A program made the translations under genes and the position numbers. This document shows, piece after piece, positions 18,115-27,176 of a DNA stretch of 52,623 nt; the stretch's first letter is position 1, and each line of letters begins with the position of its first letter. The notes under the pieces were generated by a model. It was given only the letters and a program-made list of their open reading frames with translations, was not told the origin of the DNA and searched no databases. The stretch spans positions 1 to 52,623 of IMG/VR virus record IMGVR_UViG_3300042923_001758. One strand, given 5' to 3'. Source of the DNA: a virus (taxonomy: Duplodnaviria > Caudoviricetes).

Positions 18115-18849
18115 TTATTCTCCGAATAAGCGCTTTAATTTGTCGCTAGTCGCCCTTTGAGCCTTATCTCTTTGCACGTTGTGCTGCTTAATTGTGGCTA
18201 CCTCTTTGCGTCTTTGAGCCACTACCTCCGCTGCTCTTTTAGCGAGCCAATTCGAGAGCATAGTAATTGACGGTCTAGGGTATTCACGTTTAGCCCATAA
18301 TTTCGAGTAGTCCTTAATTGAGACCTCTATAATCTCTGCGAGCTCGTCGTCCGAGAATTTCCCGATTAACCCTTTCTTAATGACTGCTATATCACGGCTC
18401 CAATTAATGACATAGCTTATGCTGAACTCCTCTTGATAAAGTCTAGCGAATAGTTTTGCGATATCTTTAGCTGTGAGCTTGTTCTGGTTAATCTCCTCTA
18501 TAAATACCTCTACATTTACGGTCTTACTTTCACCAATTGAGATATCCGTTAAAAAAATATCATTAACCTTAATTATTTCCCTCTGCTTTCCGTCCACTAG
18601 AGCAATAACTCTTTTTAATAACGGCTCACCGTTGTAATTAATGGTCTCTAATGATTTAATATCTGATCCCGTAGTTTTGCGGGTTCTGCCTGTTATCTCT
18701 GCAAGTCTTGTAATAGTCATCTTTGCAATCCCGTTATCATCTGAATTTGCTACGGTGTGAAGCAAGGTAAAGACTGCTCCGTTTGGTACTTTATCAAATA
18801 CTCCTAGTTTCACTATCTTACTAAATGCGTTGTTTGCCTTAACTGCCAT
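18115..18849 (-). CDS. Probable phage replication initiator (N-terminal winged HTH)
   Basis: 'MTITRLAEITGRTRKTT' HTH; directly upstream of loader, helicase and primase. Confidence 0.65.
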   Translation of the reverse strand: MAVKANNAFSKIVKLGVFDKVPNGAVFTLLHTVANSDDNGIAKMTITRLAEITGRTRKTTGSDIKSLETINYNGEPLLKRVIALVDGKQREIIKVNDIFLTDISIGESKTVNVEVFIEEINQNKLTAKDIAKLFARLYQEEFSISYVINWSRDIAVIKKGLIGKFSDDELAEIIEVSIKDYSKLWAKREYPRPSITMLSNWLAKRAAEVVAQRRKEVATIKQHNVQRDKAQRATSDKLKRLFGE

Positions 18850-18949
18850 GTTGTAACCTCCTTAAAGTCAAACGATTAAGACCTACATAACTCGTCAATT
18901 CCTCAACTGCCGTTGAGATAATTAACTCGTTTTTTGCTAGTGCCTTTCG

Positions 18950-18981
18950 AGTATTTAGTAAGCTAATGTCTATTTGTTACA
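18950..18981 (-). promoter_or_regulatory. Phage-specific promoter copy 7 (replication operon)
   Basis: Minus strand TGTAACAAATAGACATTAGCTTACTAAATACT. Confidence 0.75.
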
Positions 18982-19204
18982 CGAAAGCCGTAGAAAAAAT
19001 AAGAAAAATATGTATAAACCTTGATATGACTAGGTTATAGAGCTTAAAAACTTTTTAGAGTTACTTGTCCACTCCCCGATTTTTTACCCCTTTTGCCCCG
19101 ATAATTTCGCATGAGTAATTTTAAAGAAGTGACTACTGCGCCCCCACAATCCTAAAAAAGAGCACAAAAAAAGAGCCCTAGAAATAGGACTCCGACGAAT
19201 AGGA

Positions 19205-19636
19205 TTAAATTTTTGCAATATGAGATATAAAAAACCATGAGATAACTAATAAAATACCCATAATAACCAAAAGTATCTTAATAATATATTTTGCTCTATT
19301 AAACCTTTTTCGCGCGTGGTGCTTTCCCGTTAAACATAGTGCAAGGAGCGATATAATAAGATCTACCGCCTCGGCGTAAGTCTGCGGAGGTCTTATCATG
19401 ATACGTGCGCTCTCCTTGTCTCCCTCGCCCTGCTTGTAGCGTACGGCGTAAAAGTGATCGTGATATTCCTCGGGTAGTTCCTCGAAGTTTTTAAGTCGCC
19501 TCGCAAGGCACAATATAATAATGATGATACCAATAAATGCCCCCCCAAATGCTACGACTATATCTTCAAGCATTACATAGGTTCCATATCCGAATACATC
19601 TATCATCCAATCAAAAAACCTGTCCGTAAAATCCAT
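19205..19636 (-). CDS. Membrane protein (2-3 TM segments)
   Basis: Hydrophobic segments near both termini; coupled to upstream XRE gene. Confidence 0.7.
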   Translation of the reverse strand: MDFTDRFFDWMIDVFGYGTYVMLEDIVVAFGGAFIGIIIIILCLARRLKNFEELPEEYHDHFYAVRYKQGEGDKESARIMIRPPQTYAEAVDLIISLLALCLTGKHHARKRFNRAKYIIKILLVIMGILLVISWFFISHIAKI

Positions 19637-19651
19637 TACGATAGTCGCCTC

Positions 19652-20014
19652 CTACCTTTCCTCTATATGCCTATATAGATTGTAGAGTTTGTCATACATT
19701 TCCTGCTTTCTGTCCTCGTTCAATTTGCTCCTCTGTACCTCCCCTATCGTTTTCTTAAGTGTTTTACCCTCTAGTGCCGCCCCTGTGAGTATCGGTTCTT
19801 TACCAAAACAAGAGAATAACTCCTCATCAGGTATATCCAAAAAGTTTGATATTTGTCTTATAGTATAATCGCTAGGGACTTTCAATCCTTGCTCTATTTC
19901 CAATAAATATATAGCTGATAGGTTTATTTGTTTTGCCATCTGTCTTACAGTAAAGTTTTTAAGCTCGCGATTTTTAGTTATAATTCCTTCCCTTTTAGCT
20001 CCATTTTTCTCCAT
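19652..20014 (-). CDS. XRE-family HTH regulator
   Basis: 'RELKNFTVRQMAKQINLSAIYLLEIEQGLKVPS'. Confidence 0.85.
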   Translation of the reverse strand: MEKNGAKREGIITKNRELKNFTVRQMAKQINLSAIYLLEIEQGLKVPSDYTIRQISNFLDIPDEELFSCFGKEPILTGAALEGKTLKKTIGEVQRSKLNEDRKQEMYDKLYNLYRHIEER

Positions 20015-20222
20015 TTTACGTTATTCCCTCCATCTCCCATTTTAAATTAGAGATTAACAATAGTATGAGTTTTTCCAATCTTATTATACCAAAACCCCTT
20101 AATCACAAATAATTCATTGTACAACATTAAATATAACTCATCAATACTTTATACTCAAAAACGCATTAGACAAAGCAATCACAGCTTTATTTACCGTTCA
20201 CTAGAAAAAAAAAGAAGGGCGA

Positions 20223-21299
20223 TTATTTCACCCCTTTTAAAATCTTTGCTATAGCTGAGTATAAATTCTCCAATAATTGACGCTCCTCATTGGTTAAATC
20301 TAGTTTTATGGGTACCTGTATGATTTTCTCAATGACCTTTTCTACCACTTTCAACTCACTTGACTCCATACCCTTAACTTGCGGTGCGCGAGCTGACATA
20401 TAAAGAGCCTTACCGTTATCGTCAAATACCGAATAGCCTAAGTGCTTATCTGCGAGCTCTTTTGCGCTCTCTAGAACTTTATAAGCGCCTATCTGCGTAC
20501 TAGCGTCAGCCCATATTTTACGGACTCTATAGAATGTCTCTTCTTGGCTTATTGGCTGCGGTGCAGATTTTGGAGCCTCTACGGGTTTAGTCCATGTAAT
20601 ATTTACATAGTCCCTGTGAACGTAGCCCGTACCGCCGTTATATTTAACAACTAAAAAATCGTCCTGCCTGCCTGTGATATCTATACTTGTACCATTTTCA
20701 AGCTGTCCCTTTATAGAATATGAGGTACTAGCTCCTGCCCTAACGTTTAGGGTAGTCGTTGTTACTGTTCCCCTTTGTATAATATCAGCAGTCGGCGTGG
20801 TACTCGCTGCGGTTTTTGATGCTCCTGCTAACTTGACCTTAAACTCGTTCCATTTAGACCATGTTCCGCCGTTCATGGTCTGCGGGCAGTTCTTACGGCT
20901 TGCGTCGTAGTGTCTTACAACGCGTTCTACCGGTATGCCGTAGCTTTTCATTAAGTGGGCGATAAGCTCTATCGTATTTTGTACGGTCTTGCTGTAGTTA
21001 CCGTCGGAGTTAATACACATTTCAATACCGATTGAATTGCGGTTAGTTATGCCGTACTTTCCTCCTCCGTCTCCACAATGCCACGCCCCGTCTGTAACCT
21101 TAACTATCTGCATAATAGTGCTGTCGTCAACAAAATAATGAGCGCTTGCGTTCCTGTTTCCTCCGTTAAAGTATTTATAATGAGCCTCGGCGTTTGCCTT
21201 TGCTGTGCTGTTGCCTGTGTCGTGTATTACGATATAGCTCGGTTTGTTAACATTGGCTGTAAAGTTATATTTAACGAGCTTTTGAGTTATTGCTATCAT
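20223..21299 (-). CDS. Endolysin: N-acetylmuramoyl-L-alanine amidase (Amidase_2) with SH3b domain
   Basis: 'IVIHDTGN', 'SAHYFVDD', 'AWHCG', 'SIGIEMC', 'RHYDASRKNCP', 'LNVRAG'. Confidence 0.93.
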   Translation of the reverse strand: MIAITQKLVKYNFTANVNKPSYIVIHDTGNSTAKANAEAHYKYFNGGNRNASAHYFVDDSTIMQIVKVTDGAWHCGDGGGKYGITNRNSIGIEMCINSDGNYSKTVQNTIELIAHLMKSYGIPVERVVRHYDASRKNCPQTMNGGTWSKWNEFKVKLAGASKTAASTTPTADIIQRGTVTTTTLNVRAGASTSYSIKGQLENGTSIDITGRQDDFLVVKYNGGTGYVHRDYVNITWTKPVEAPKSAPQPISQEETFYRVRKIWADASTQIGAYKVLESAKELADKHLGYSVFDDNGKALYMSARAPQVKGMESSELKVVEKVIEKIIQVPIKLDLTNEERQLLENLYSAIAKILKGVK

Positions 21300-21370
21300 C
21301 CTATTTCCCCCTCATTTTTTAGTAAATTAAAAGAGCTACGCGTCAACGCAGCTCTTTTCGGTTTTATAGT

Positions 21371-21601
21371 TTAGCCTCTTATTTCATCGTGGAATATTGT
21401 TGCTTGCTCACTTGCGCCGTCTTGTGCTTGTGGCGTATCTAGTGCCGTAGATTTAGCAAAGTAGTAAGAGATAACAGATACTACGACATACTCTACGAGT
21501 TTAGTCTCGATCTTACCCATAACCGCAAGAACGATAAAAAGTAACGTAACCGCTAAAGATATCATTTTTCGTACTTCTAATAACGAACTAAATTTCTCCA
21601 T
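21371..21601 (-). CDS. Holin
   Basis: 76 aa with two TM helices ('VISYYF'), directly upstream of the endolysin. Confidence 0.75.
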   Translation of the reverse strand: MEKFSSLLEVRKMISLAVTLLFIVLAVMGKIETKLVEYVVVSVISYYFAKSTALDTPQAQDGASEQATIFHDEIRG

Positions 21602-21875
21602 GATATTTGCCTCCCTCTAGTGTGATAACCTTTTCTTTAAGCTCTAAAATTTCTACTTTTAACATTTTGTTTTCCTCTACAAGCTCTCTTATTTCATCCT
21701 TAAGGCTACAAACCTCATTCTTGTAAAGAGTAACTAGCTCTTTTAATCTGCCATCTACGTACTCCTCTCGCTTTATAGCATAATCTTTGCTGGCGTTAGC
21801 TTTAGCAATAAAATACGTTATGACGCTTGTACCAATTGAGCCTATAAGTCCTATCAAAGCGGTACTGTTTTCCAC
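21588..21875 (-). CDS. Holin-associated protein (N-terminal TM + coiled coil)
   Basis: 95 aa, overlaps the holin start. Confidence 0.65.
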   Translation of the reverse strand: MENSTALIGLIGSIGTSVITYFIAKANASKDYAIKREEYVDGRLKELVTLYKNEVCSLKDEIRELVEENKMLKVEILELKEKVITLEGGKYHGEI

Positions 21876-22030
21876 ATTCCAAACCCCCTTAATCGTTGTA
21901 TATAACGACTACTCGGATTTAGCCTTCGACTCTCTGACCGTTATTTTGGAACCTCCTAACACATGATATAGGATGCATAAATGGTCATTTGAGTTAAATA
22001 AAGAGCTAAAATAAGCAGCCATTAGCTCCT

Positions 22031-22066
22031 CTATAAACTAGGTACAAATCAGAGTATAAATACTAC
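22031..22066 (-). promoter_or_regulatory. Candidate late promoter of lysis cassette (degenerate)
   Basis: Minus strand GTAGTATT-N17-CTAGTTTATAG, followed by GAGCTAA/TTAGCTC hairpin and T-rich tract. Confidence 0.45.
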
Positions 22067-22140
22067 CTTTTTAATACCTATTTGATAACTTTTAAATAAA
22101 AATAAAAAAGAGAGCCTCTAAAAGCACTCTCTTAATATTT

Positions 22141-22521
22141 TTAAGGCATATCCCACGGAACCGAGTCGAGACTTTCGAGCGTCTTTGCTCCGATAATCTG
22201 TGCTCGCATAGTATTAAAATTTCTCTTAATATCTGCCTCTTTTCTCTCGGGCTCTAACTCCCCAAGGTTCGCGTAAACATGCTCAATTTTAGAGTTTCTG
22301 CCTCGGAGCAGGGACTTAATACGATAACCCTTAAGCGAATTTAAAACCTCTTCCTCTGTATATTTATCTTTAAGCTGCTCGGTCGCAATATACCTAATCT
22401 TAACCCCTGATAAGGAACCTCCCGCCCAAGTTAAGTCTGTATTATTATTGACGCTTATATCTCCCATAAGCTCGATATGCTTATAGGGTGTAAAGTCGGC
22501 GTTTAAAAGTACGATATACAC
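22141..22521 (-). CDS. Tail-associated hypothetical protein (possible fibre chaperone)
   Basis: 126 aa following the host-specificity protein; ends 'LDSVPW'. Confidence 0.6.
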   Translation of the reverse strand: MYIVLLNADFTPYKHIELMGDISVNNNTDLTWAGGSLSGVKIRYIATEQLKDKYTEEEVLNSLKGYRIKSLLRGRNSKIEHVYANLGELEPERKEADIKRNFNTMRAQIIGAKTLESLDSVPWDMP

Positions 22522-22533
22522 TCTTATCCCTCC

Positions 22534-25500
22534 TTATTTTTCGTAGGTGATTTCTAGCCTTGCCGTACTGTAGCAACGTGAATAATCGCTGTCGCTGCGT
22601 GAGGACGTATACAGCATAATACCTTTAGCCCATCCGCTATCGAACTGTGGTAAGCTGTTCGTTAAATCTACCCATGCGCCCGCTCCCCTTAAGAGTCCAA
22701 TAGTAGCGTGTCCTCTTGTGGTGTCGATTGTAGGCGTTCCGCTCGGCTGCCATCCGTGAGGGTGCGGTCTTACATAATGTGTAACTGCTGAGCTTGTTCC
22801 ATGAGAAGAGTTAACCCTCTGAATATACGCTCTTACCTTCTTAATCTTTGCTCCCTGAGCTTTAAGATTTGCGAAGTAGTCCCCAAAGAACCAATATCCC
22901 GCACGTAGTCCACTCGTTCCCCATTCAGACTGGAATACGTCCAAGTCAGTCGTCCACCATTTATTAGAGTCTATTTGCCACGATTTACTTGAGGCAGAGG
23001 TTATCGTTTCGACGTACTCTTTAACGACGGGAGCTACGGTTCCATTACCGAATATAATTCCTGCTTTTCCTGCGGGAATTGTTCCCGAATAAACGACTTG
23101 ACCTCCGAAGTTGGTAAAAGTATTTGATACCGTGCCATTAGGAATAGTGCTAAATATGGAGATAATAGAGGATGAATAGGCATAGATGCCGTAATCCATG
23201 CTTGAACCGTTCCCCCTACAGTTAAAAGCGTCTACTTGACTACCGTAAGCGCTGATAATGCCCGCAATATCCGCGTTATTTGTCTCGCAATAATCTACTT
23301 TACCCGTAGAACGTGAGAAGTAAATTCCATAAGGTATCGCATTCGGTGAAGGAGTAAGACAAACTAGAGTAGTATCAACCGCATAGACATATTTAGAGTT
23401 AATAACAAAGAGCGGCGATTCACTATTCATTGAGTTTTCAACCCTCAAATGATAGAGTGAAATATCAACGTTGCAACTCTGCAATTTCATATACCCATTG
23501 ATTACGCTCCTATAATCGTAATAGCTCCCGTTCTCTATCTCGGGAGTATCTGTTACATAATAGGCCTTTCCAATCTCGCTAGGTCTTGAGTCAAAAAAGG
23601 TATAGGTATTTGTCGAGCTGCCATTCACTAGATACGCCCTCTTTTTGTAGTAGGTACGACCGCCTGTGAAATAATTAATTGACTTGATACCGTATACGTC
23701 AACGTCAGCGCCTAAGTCTACACAAGCCCACTTATCCCCGCTACCCAAGTCGAACATGTTCGTGGCTAACTTATCGCCGTTATTAATTCGAGCAACATCG
23801 AGCGTCCCTGTTCCTGTCGTGGCGTTCGTTGTTCTTGCCTTGTTAAGCGCAATATTATTACCCGCCCTATCGTAAGCCTCGACCTCGACGATATGATAAC
23901 CTGCATTCACATTATTACCACCCTCGCAACGGAAATAAAGATATCTGCCCTTTGGAGGAGTCTCTCCAATAATCTTAATATTACCGCTGCCATTGAATCC
24001 GCTGACTAAAACCGAGCCTGTATAAACCCCGCGAGCTACGAAAATCTCGACCGTATGCTCTATATATTTAGGGAGCCTGTTAATGGCCTCCTGTATAGTA
24101 CGCAGCGGAGCTGTAGCCGTTCCATCATTAGAGTCATCTCCTAGCATAGATACATATATTTTAATTTTTTGGTCTGTAGTGTCAAAGTTAGGCATATAAG
24201 GATTAGTTACCCCGACAAGATTTGCAGGAGGTAATCCATATTTTTTACCATAAACCGTGTCCGCTTTAACCTCGGAGTATTCGGTACTATCGGCTGATAG
24301 AGTAATCACCGCTTGACCGTCGGAGTCTCTTATCTCTAGCTTACCGTGTCTTTGCTCTCCGCTTATAGTTGATACCTTCCCAAGTATAAGATTTCCCCCG
24401 TAAACTCTGTCCGCTATCATTGTTCCGCCCGTGATAGCGTCAGCGAAGATTTCACCGTCCTTGATAAAAGTATTTGATTTCCATTTTCCGAGCTGCTCGT
24501 CCCATTTAGCGACTGCAAATTTACCGCCTTTAATAATAACTGCGCTCCTAGGATTTCCCACACTAGGCTTATCATATACGTAAAGACCGTCGGTCTCTGT
24601 GAGGTATACGTAGCCTTGAGATCCGTTCATATCTACGTTGTTGATGTCCTTAACCTGCTCATACCATCCCGAACCGTAAGCGTCGCGTCTGCTATCCGTA
24701 TAGTCCGTTACATACTCCCCGAGCTCTAATTTAACGCCTGTCGTCGTAAATTCCCCCGTACAATTATCAAGCCCGATAACTACGATAAGTCGCGTTACTA
24801 TTGCAGCGTCGGGATGGGTAATGCGCATAGTATGACTTACCCTCTGCCATAATGAGGAACCCGAAAATCCTACGCCTGTATCAAATACGGTATAGGTTTG
24901 ACCCTGTGCGTCTACGTAATCCCACTCTACATAGAGGCGTAACTTTTCCCATGAGTTAGTATTCTCTATTACATTGTCGTATTTAATGAATGCTGATAGT
25001 GTGACATATTGGTCTTTAAATTGGTTAGGACTCTCTATATTCTGATAGATTTTATACTGACTGCTTTCGCCTGTACTGGACATTTTAAAAGCTCTGTCAA
25101 ACCCTGCGAGGTTTGTTACTGGTACTACGGAGTTATTACCTCCTATAATGTTCCAATATCTTGAGCTCTCTTTAAACTGCGTATTTAGTGCATAGTTTCT
25201 GCCTCCGATAATCCCAAGCTCTACGACTGCCTCTTGAGGAGGTAATCTGTCGATTTTATCATTAAGCGTCTCTATATCTTTTGATAAATCAGTCTGTATG
25301 ATTGACGGTTTAAAGTTGCCGAGAGTCAGCGTCATTTTCTGCGGGTCTGATAAAGACTTCTGTAACTCTATAACCCTTGCATAAAGTGATAATGCGGGAT
25401 TAAAAGTCTTATCTTTAATCGCTACTGTATCGCCTATAACTACCTTTTCATGAGATATCTTTGTAAGAGCTCCAAAGTCGATCGCCTCTACCTCATAAGT

Positions 25501-26397
25501 AACTCTTGGTGATTTATAGAGATTAAGGTAATTTTGAGCTTGAGCTTTAAGAGCGTTTGGCTCGTCGATATCATCAAAAATTACAGTTAAGACGCGGTGC
25601 CTTTTGGTTTCGTCTGCGTTTGTTCTCCCCCAATTACTTCGAGCTGTCTCGTCACCCACAAAAAGTACGTTATTATTAACGCTTGCTATCGTTAATCGAG
25701 ATTTAGGTTTACTCGTATCTGTAGTTTCTTCAGCTTTACCCAAAGGTAGAATGGCGGTCTTTAAATTATCAGTGTTAACTGTGCGCTTTATGCTACGCAA
25801 GTCCTTTGTATATTCTAATCTCTTGCCCAAACTGCACCCTCTTTTAGTGAACTTAATCTCGCGTTTTGTGATAGCATTTCCTATCACCGTGATATTAAAT
25901 TTAAGGTCGCATTTTACAAGAGTCACTATCTGATTAATGGCCTCAAGAACTGTCTTAAATTGGATATCCTCAAGGATTATAAGGTCGTTTAAATCGGTAT
26001 CGACTGTGCCTGTCCATCTAGTACCACTTAAAATTGTATCAATCCAAGTTTGAGCAGACTTTTTCTCTCCCCCTGCTCCCGTCTCTACGATATCGTCGAT
26101 AAGCTCCGTAAATGAGTGCTCGCAGTATACGTTTTTTACATGCCTGTCTGCGTGAGCCTCCTCAATATCTTTAATTACGAATAATTGCCACTCTCCTAGA
26201 ACGTCCTTAAACATGACATAGTTTTCCTCTGTTATATGGGTACTGTCCGCGTGATCTGCGGGTACCTCAAACTCAAAGATATAAGCTCCATTTAACTTCT
26301 CTACGTAGTTGTCATTATAAAAAGGACAAGCGCTAGGAGAGGCATTATCTAGTATAGTAAGTAATTTCTCACTTGATTTATCTAGTATATAAAGCAT
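22534..26397 (-). CDS. Tal/baseplate hub fused to host-specificity domains
   Basis: N-terminal phage minor structural/endopeptidase-like region, 'GGRNYALN...KLELGEY.TDY' carbohydrate-binding-like module, 'GDDSNDGT.TAPLRTIQEAI' and beta-helix-like repeats. Confidence 0.85.
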   Translation of the reverse strand: MLYILDKSSEKLLTILDNASPSACPFYNDNYVEKLNGAYIFEFEVPADHADSTHITEENYVMFKDVLGEWQLFVIKDIEEAHADRHVKNVYCEHSFTELIDDIVETGAGGEKKSAQTWIDTILSGTRWTGTVDTDLNDLIILEDIQFKTVLEAINQIVTLVKCDLKFNITVIGNAITKREIKFTKRGCSLGKRLEYTKDLRSIKRTVNTDNLKTAILPLGKAEETTDTSKPKSRLTIASVNNNVLFVGDETARSNWGRTNADETKRHRVLTVIFDDIDEPNALKAQAQNYLNLYKSPRVTYEVEAIDFGALTKISHEKVVIGDTVAIKDKTFNPALSLYARVIELQKSLSDPQKMTLTLGNFKPSIIQTDLSKDIETLNDKIDRLPPQEAVVELGIIGGRNYALNTQFKESSRYWNIIGGNNSVVPVTNLAGFDRAFKMSSTGESSQYKIYQNIESPNQFKDQYVTLSAFIKYDNVIENTNSWEKLRLYVEWDYVDAQGQTYTVFDTGVGFSGSSLWQRVSHTMRITHPDAAIVTRLIVVIGLDNCTGEFTTTGVKLELGEYVTDYTDSRRDAYGSGWYEQVKDINNVDMNGSQGYVYLTETDGLYVYDKPSVGNPRSAVIIKGGKFAVAKWDEQLGKWKSNTFIKDGEIFADAITGGTMIADRVYGGNLILGKVSTISGEQRHGKLEIRDSDGQAVITLSADSTEYSEVKADTVYGKKYGLPPANLVGVTNPYMPNFDTTDQKIKIYVSMLGDDSNDGTATAPLRTIQEAINRLPKYIEHTVEIFVARGVYTGSVLVSGFNGSGNIKIIGETPPKGRYLYFRCEGGNNVNAGYHIVEVEAYDRAGNNIALNKARTTNATTGTGTLDVARINNGDKLATNMFDLGSGDKWACVDLGADVDVYGIKSINYFTGGRTYYKKRAYLVNGSSTNTYTFFDSRPSEIGKAYYVTDTPEIENGSYYDYRSVINGYMKLQSCNVDISLYHLRVENSMNSESPLFVINSKYVYAVDTTLVCLTPSPNAIPYGIYFSRSTGKVDYCETNNADIAGIISAYGSQVDAFNCRGNGSSMDYGIYAYSSSIISIFSTIPNGTVSNTFTNFGGQVVYSGTIPAGKAGIIFGNGTVAPVVKEYVETITSASSKSWQIDSNKWWTTDLDVFQSEWGTSGLRAGYWFFGDYFANLKAQGAKIKKVRAYIQRVNSSHGTSSAVTHYVRPHPHGWQPSGTPTIDTTRGHATIGLLRGAGAWVDLTNSLPQFDSGWAKGIMLYTSSRSDSDYSRCYSTARLEITYEK

Positions 26398-26420
26398 AAA
26401 ACGCCCCCTCCTTGAACTTG

Positions 26421-27173
26421 TTAGATATAAGCCTCTCTGAACGTAAACTCTAGGCTTGAAATAGCACTAGCAGGAACGACCGAAAAGCTGTTACTTTTAT
26501 ACTTTGTAAGATAGAGCCACTCACTAGAAAGGTCGATCTTATCCATAGATAGCGCTCCGTCAATCTTAACCTTTTTCCCCTCATTATCTATCTCTATAAC
26601 TGTACCCGCAGGGAACGACCCTACTAACTTGATACTATCGCCTGTTACTACGTCGTCAATCCTCGGATCTGTAACTCCTTCCGCAAGTGTAAACTTTACC
26701 AGCGGGTAAAATGGAGCTGTTCCGCTGTATCCTACCGTAAAGGATGGATCTGAGAAATTATTTTTATAGAGCGCTGCCGAATATGAGTGCGGGGCTGCGA
26801 GCATAAAATCGATCACGCCCTCCCCTACACTTATAAGGTCACTAATCGGTACCTCATTACTAATTATTGCGTAAAAAAGTTTTGACGGATTATCGTCAAG
26901 TATGAGTTCTCCTGCTCCGAACCCTTTTAAATCTGTTCCGCGCAGCCACTCCGCGAGCTCCTCTGCAAGAACCATAGGCGAGCGGTTATCTATTTTCACG
27001 ATAGCAACCTCAAGGGAGATAAATCTCTCCCCGAGCGTTGTACCGCTATAAATTACCCCTGCTCTTTGAGGTACATTAGTAGTCATTAAGTTTATTTTTG
27101 GTAGTGCTGAAAAATTGACGCTCTTAACCTTAATAAAGGATGGGAGCGCTGCTCCTCTATAACTAATCGCCAT
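26421..27173 (-). CDS. Distal tail protein (Dit)
   Basis: Between TMP and Tal; 'LAEWL', 'ELILDDNP', 'F...PHSYS'. Confidence 0.8.
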   Translation of the reverse strand: MAISYRGAALPSFIKVKSVNFSALPKINLMTTNVPQRAGVIYSGTTLGERFISLEVAIVKIDNRSPMVLAEELAEWLRGTDLKGFGAGELILDDNPSKLFYAIISNEVPISDLISVGEGVIDFMLAAPHSYSAALYKNNFSDPSFTVGYSGTAPFYPLVKFTLAEGVTDPRIDDVVTGDSIKLVGSFPAGTVIEIDNEGKKVKIDGALSMDKIDLSSEWLYLTKYKSNSFSVVPASAISSLEFTFREAYI

Positions 27174-27176
27174 ATC

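Noticed and set aside
1938-19720. Avoidance of GCSGC sites by the phage
   Set aside because: GCCGC/GCGGC sites are present (e.g. near 1938, 7926, 14011, 19716); a count against expectation would be needed.
21909-22022. 37-aa ORF (MAAYFSSLF...) upstream of the lysis genes
   Set aside because: Its RBS and start lie within the post-promoter hairpin and the peptide has no features.
22534-26397. Diversity-generating retroelement or invertible tail-fibre cassette
   Set aside because: No reverse transcriptase, no TR/VR duplicate and no inverted tail segments seen; the resolvase is far from the tail genes.
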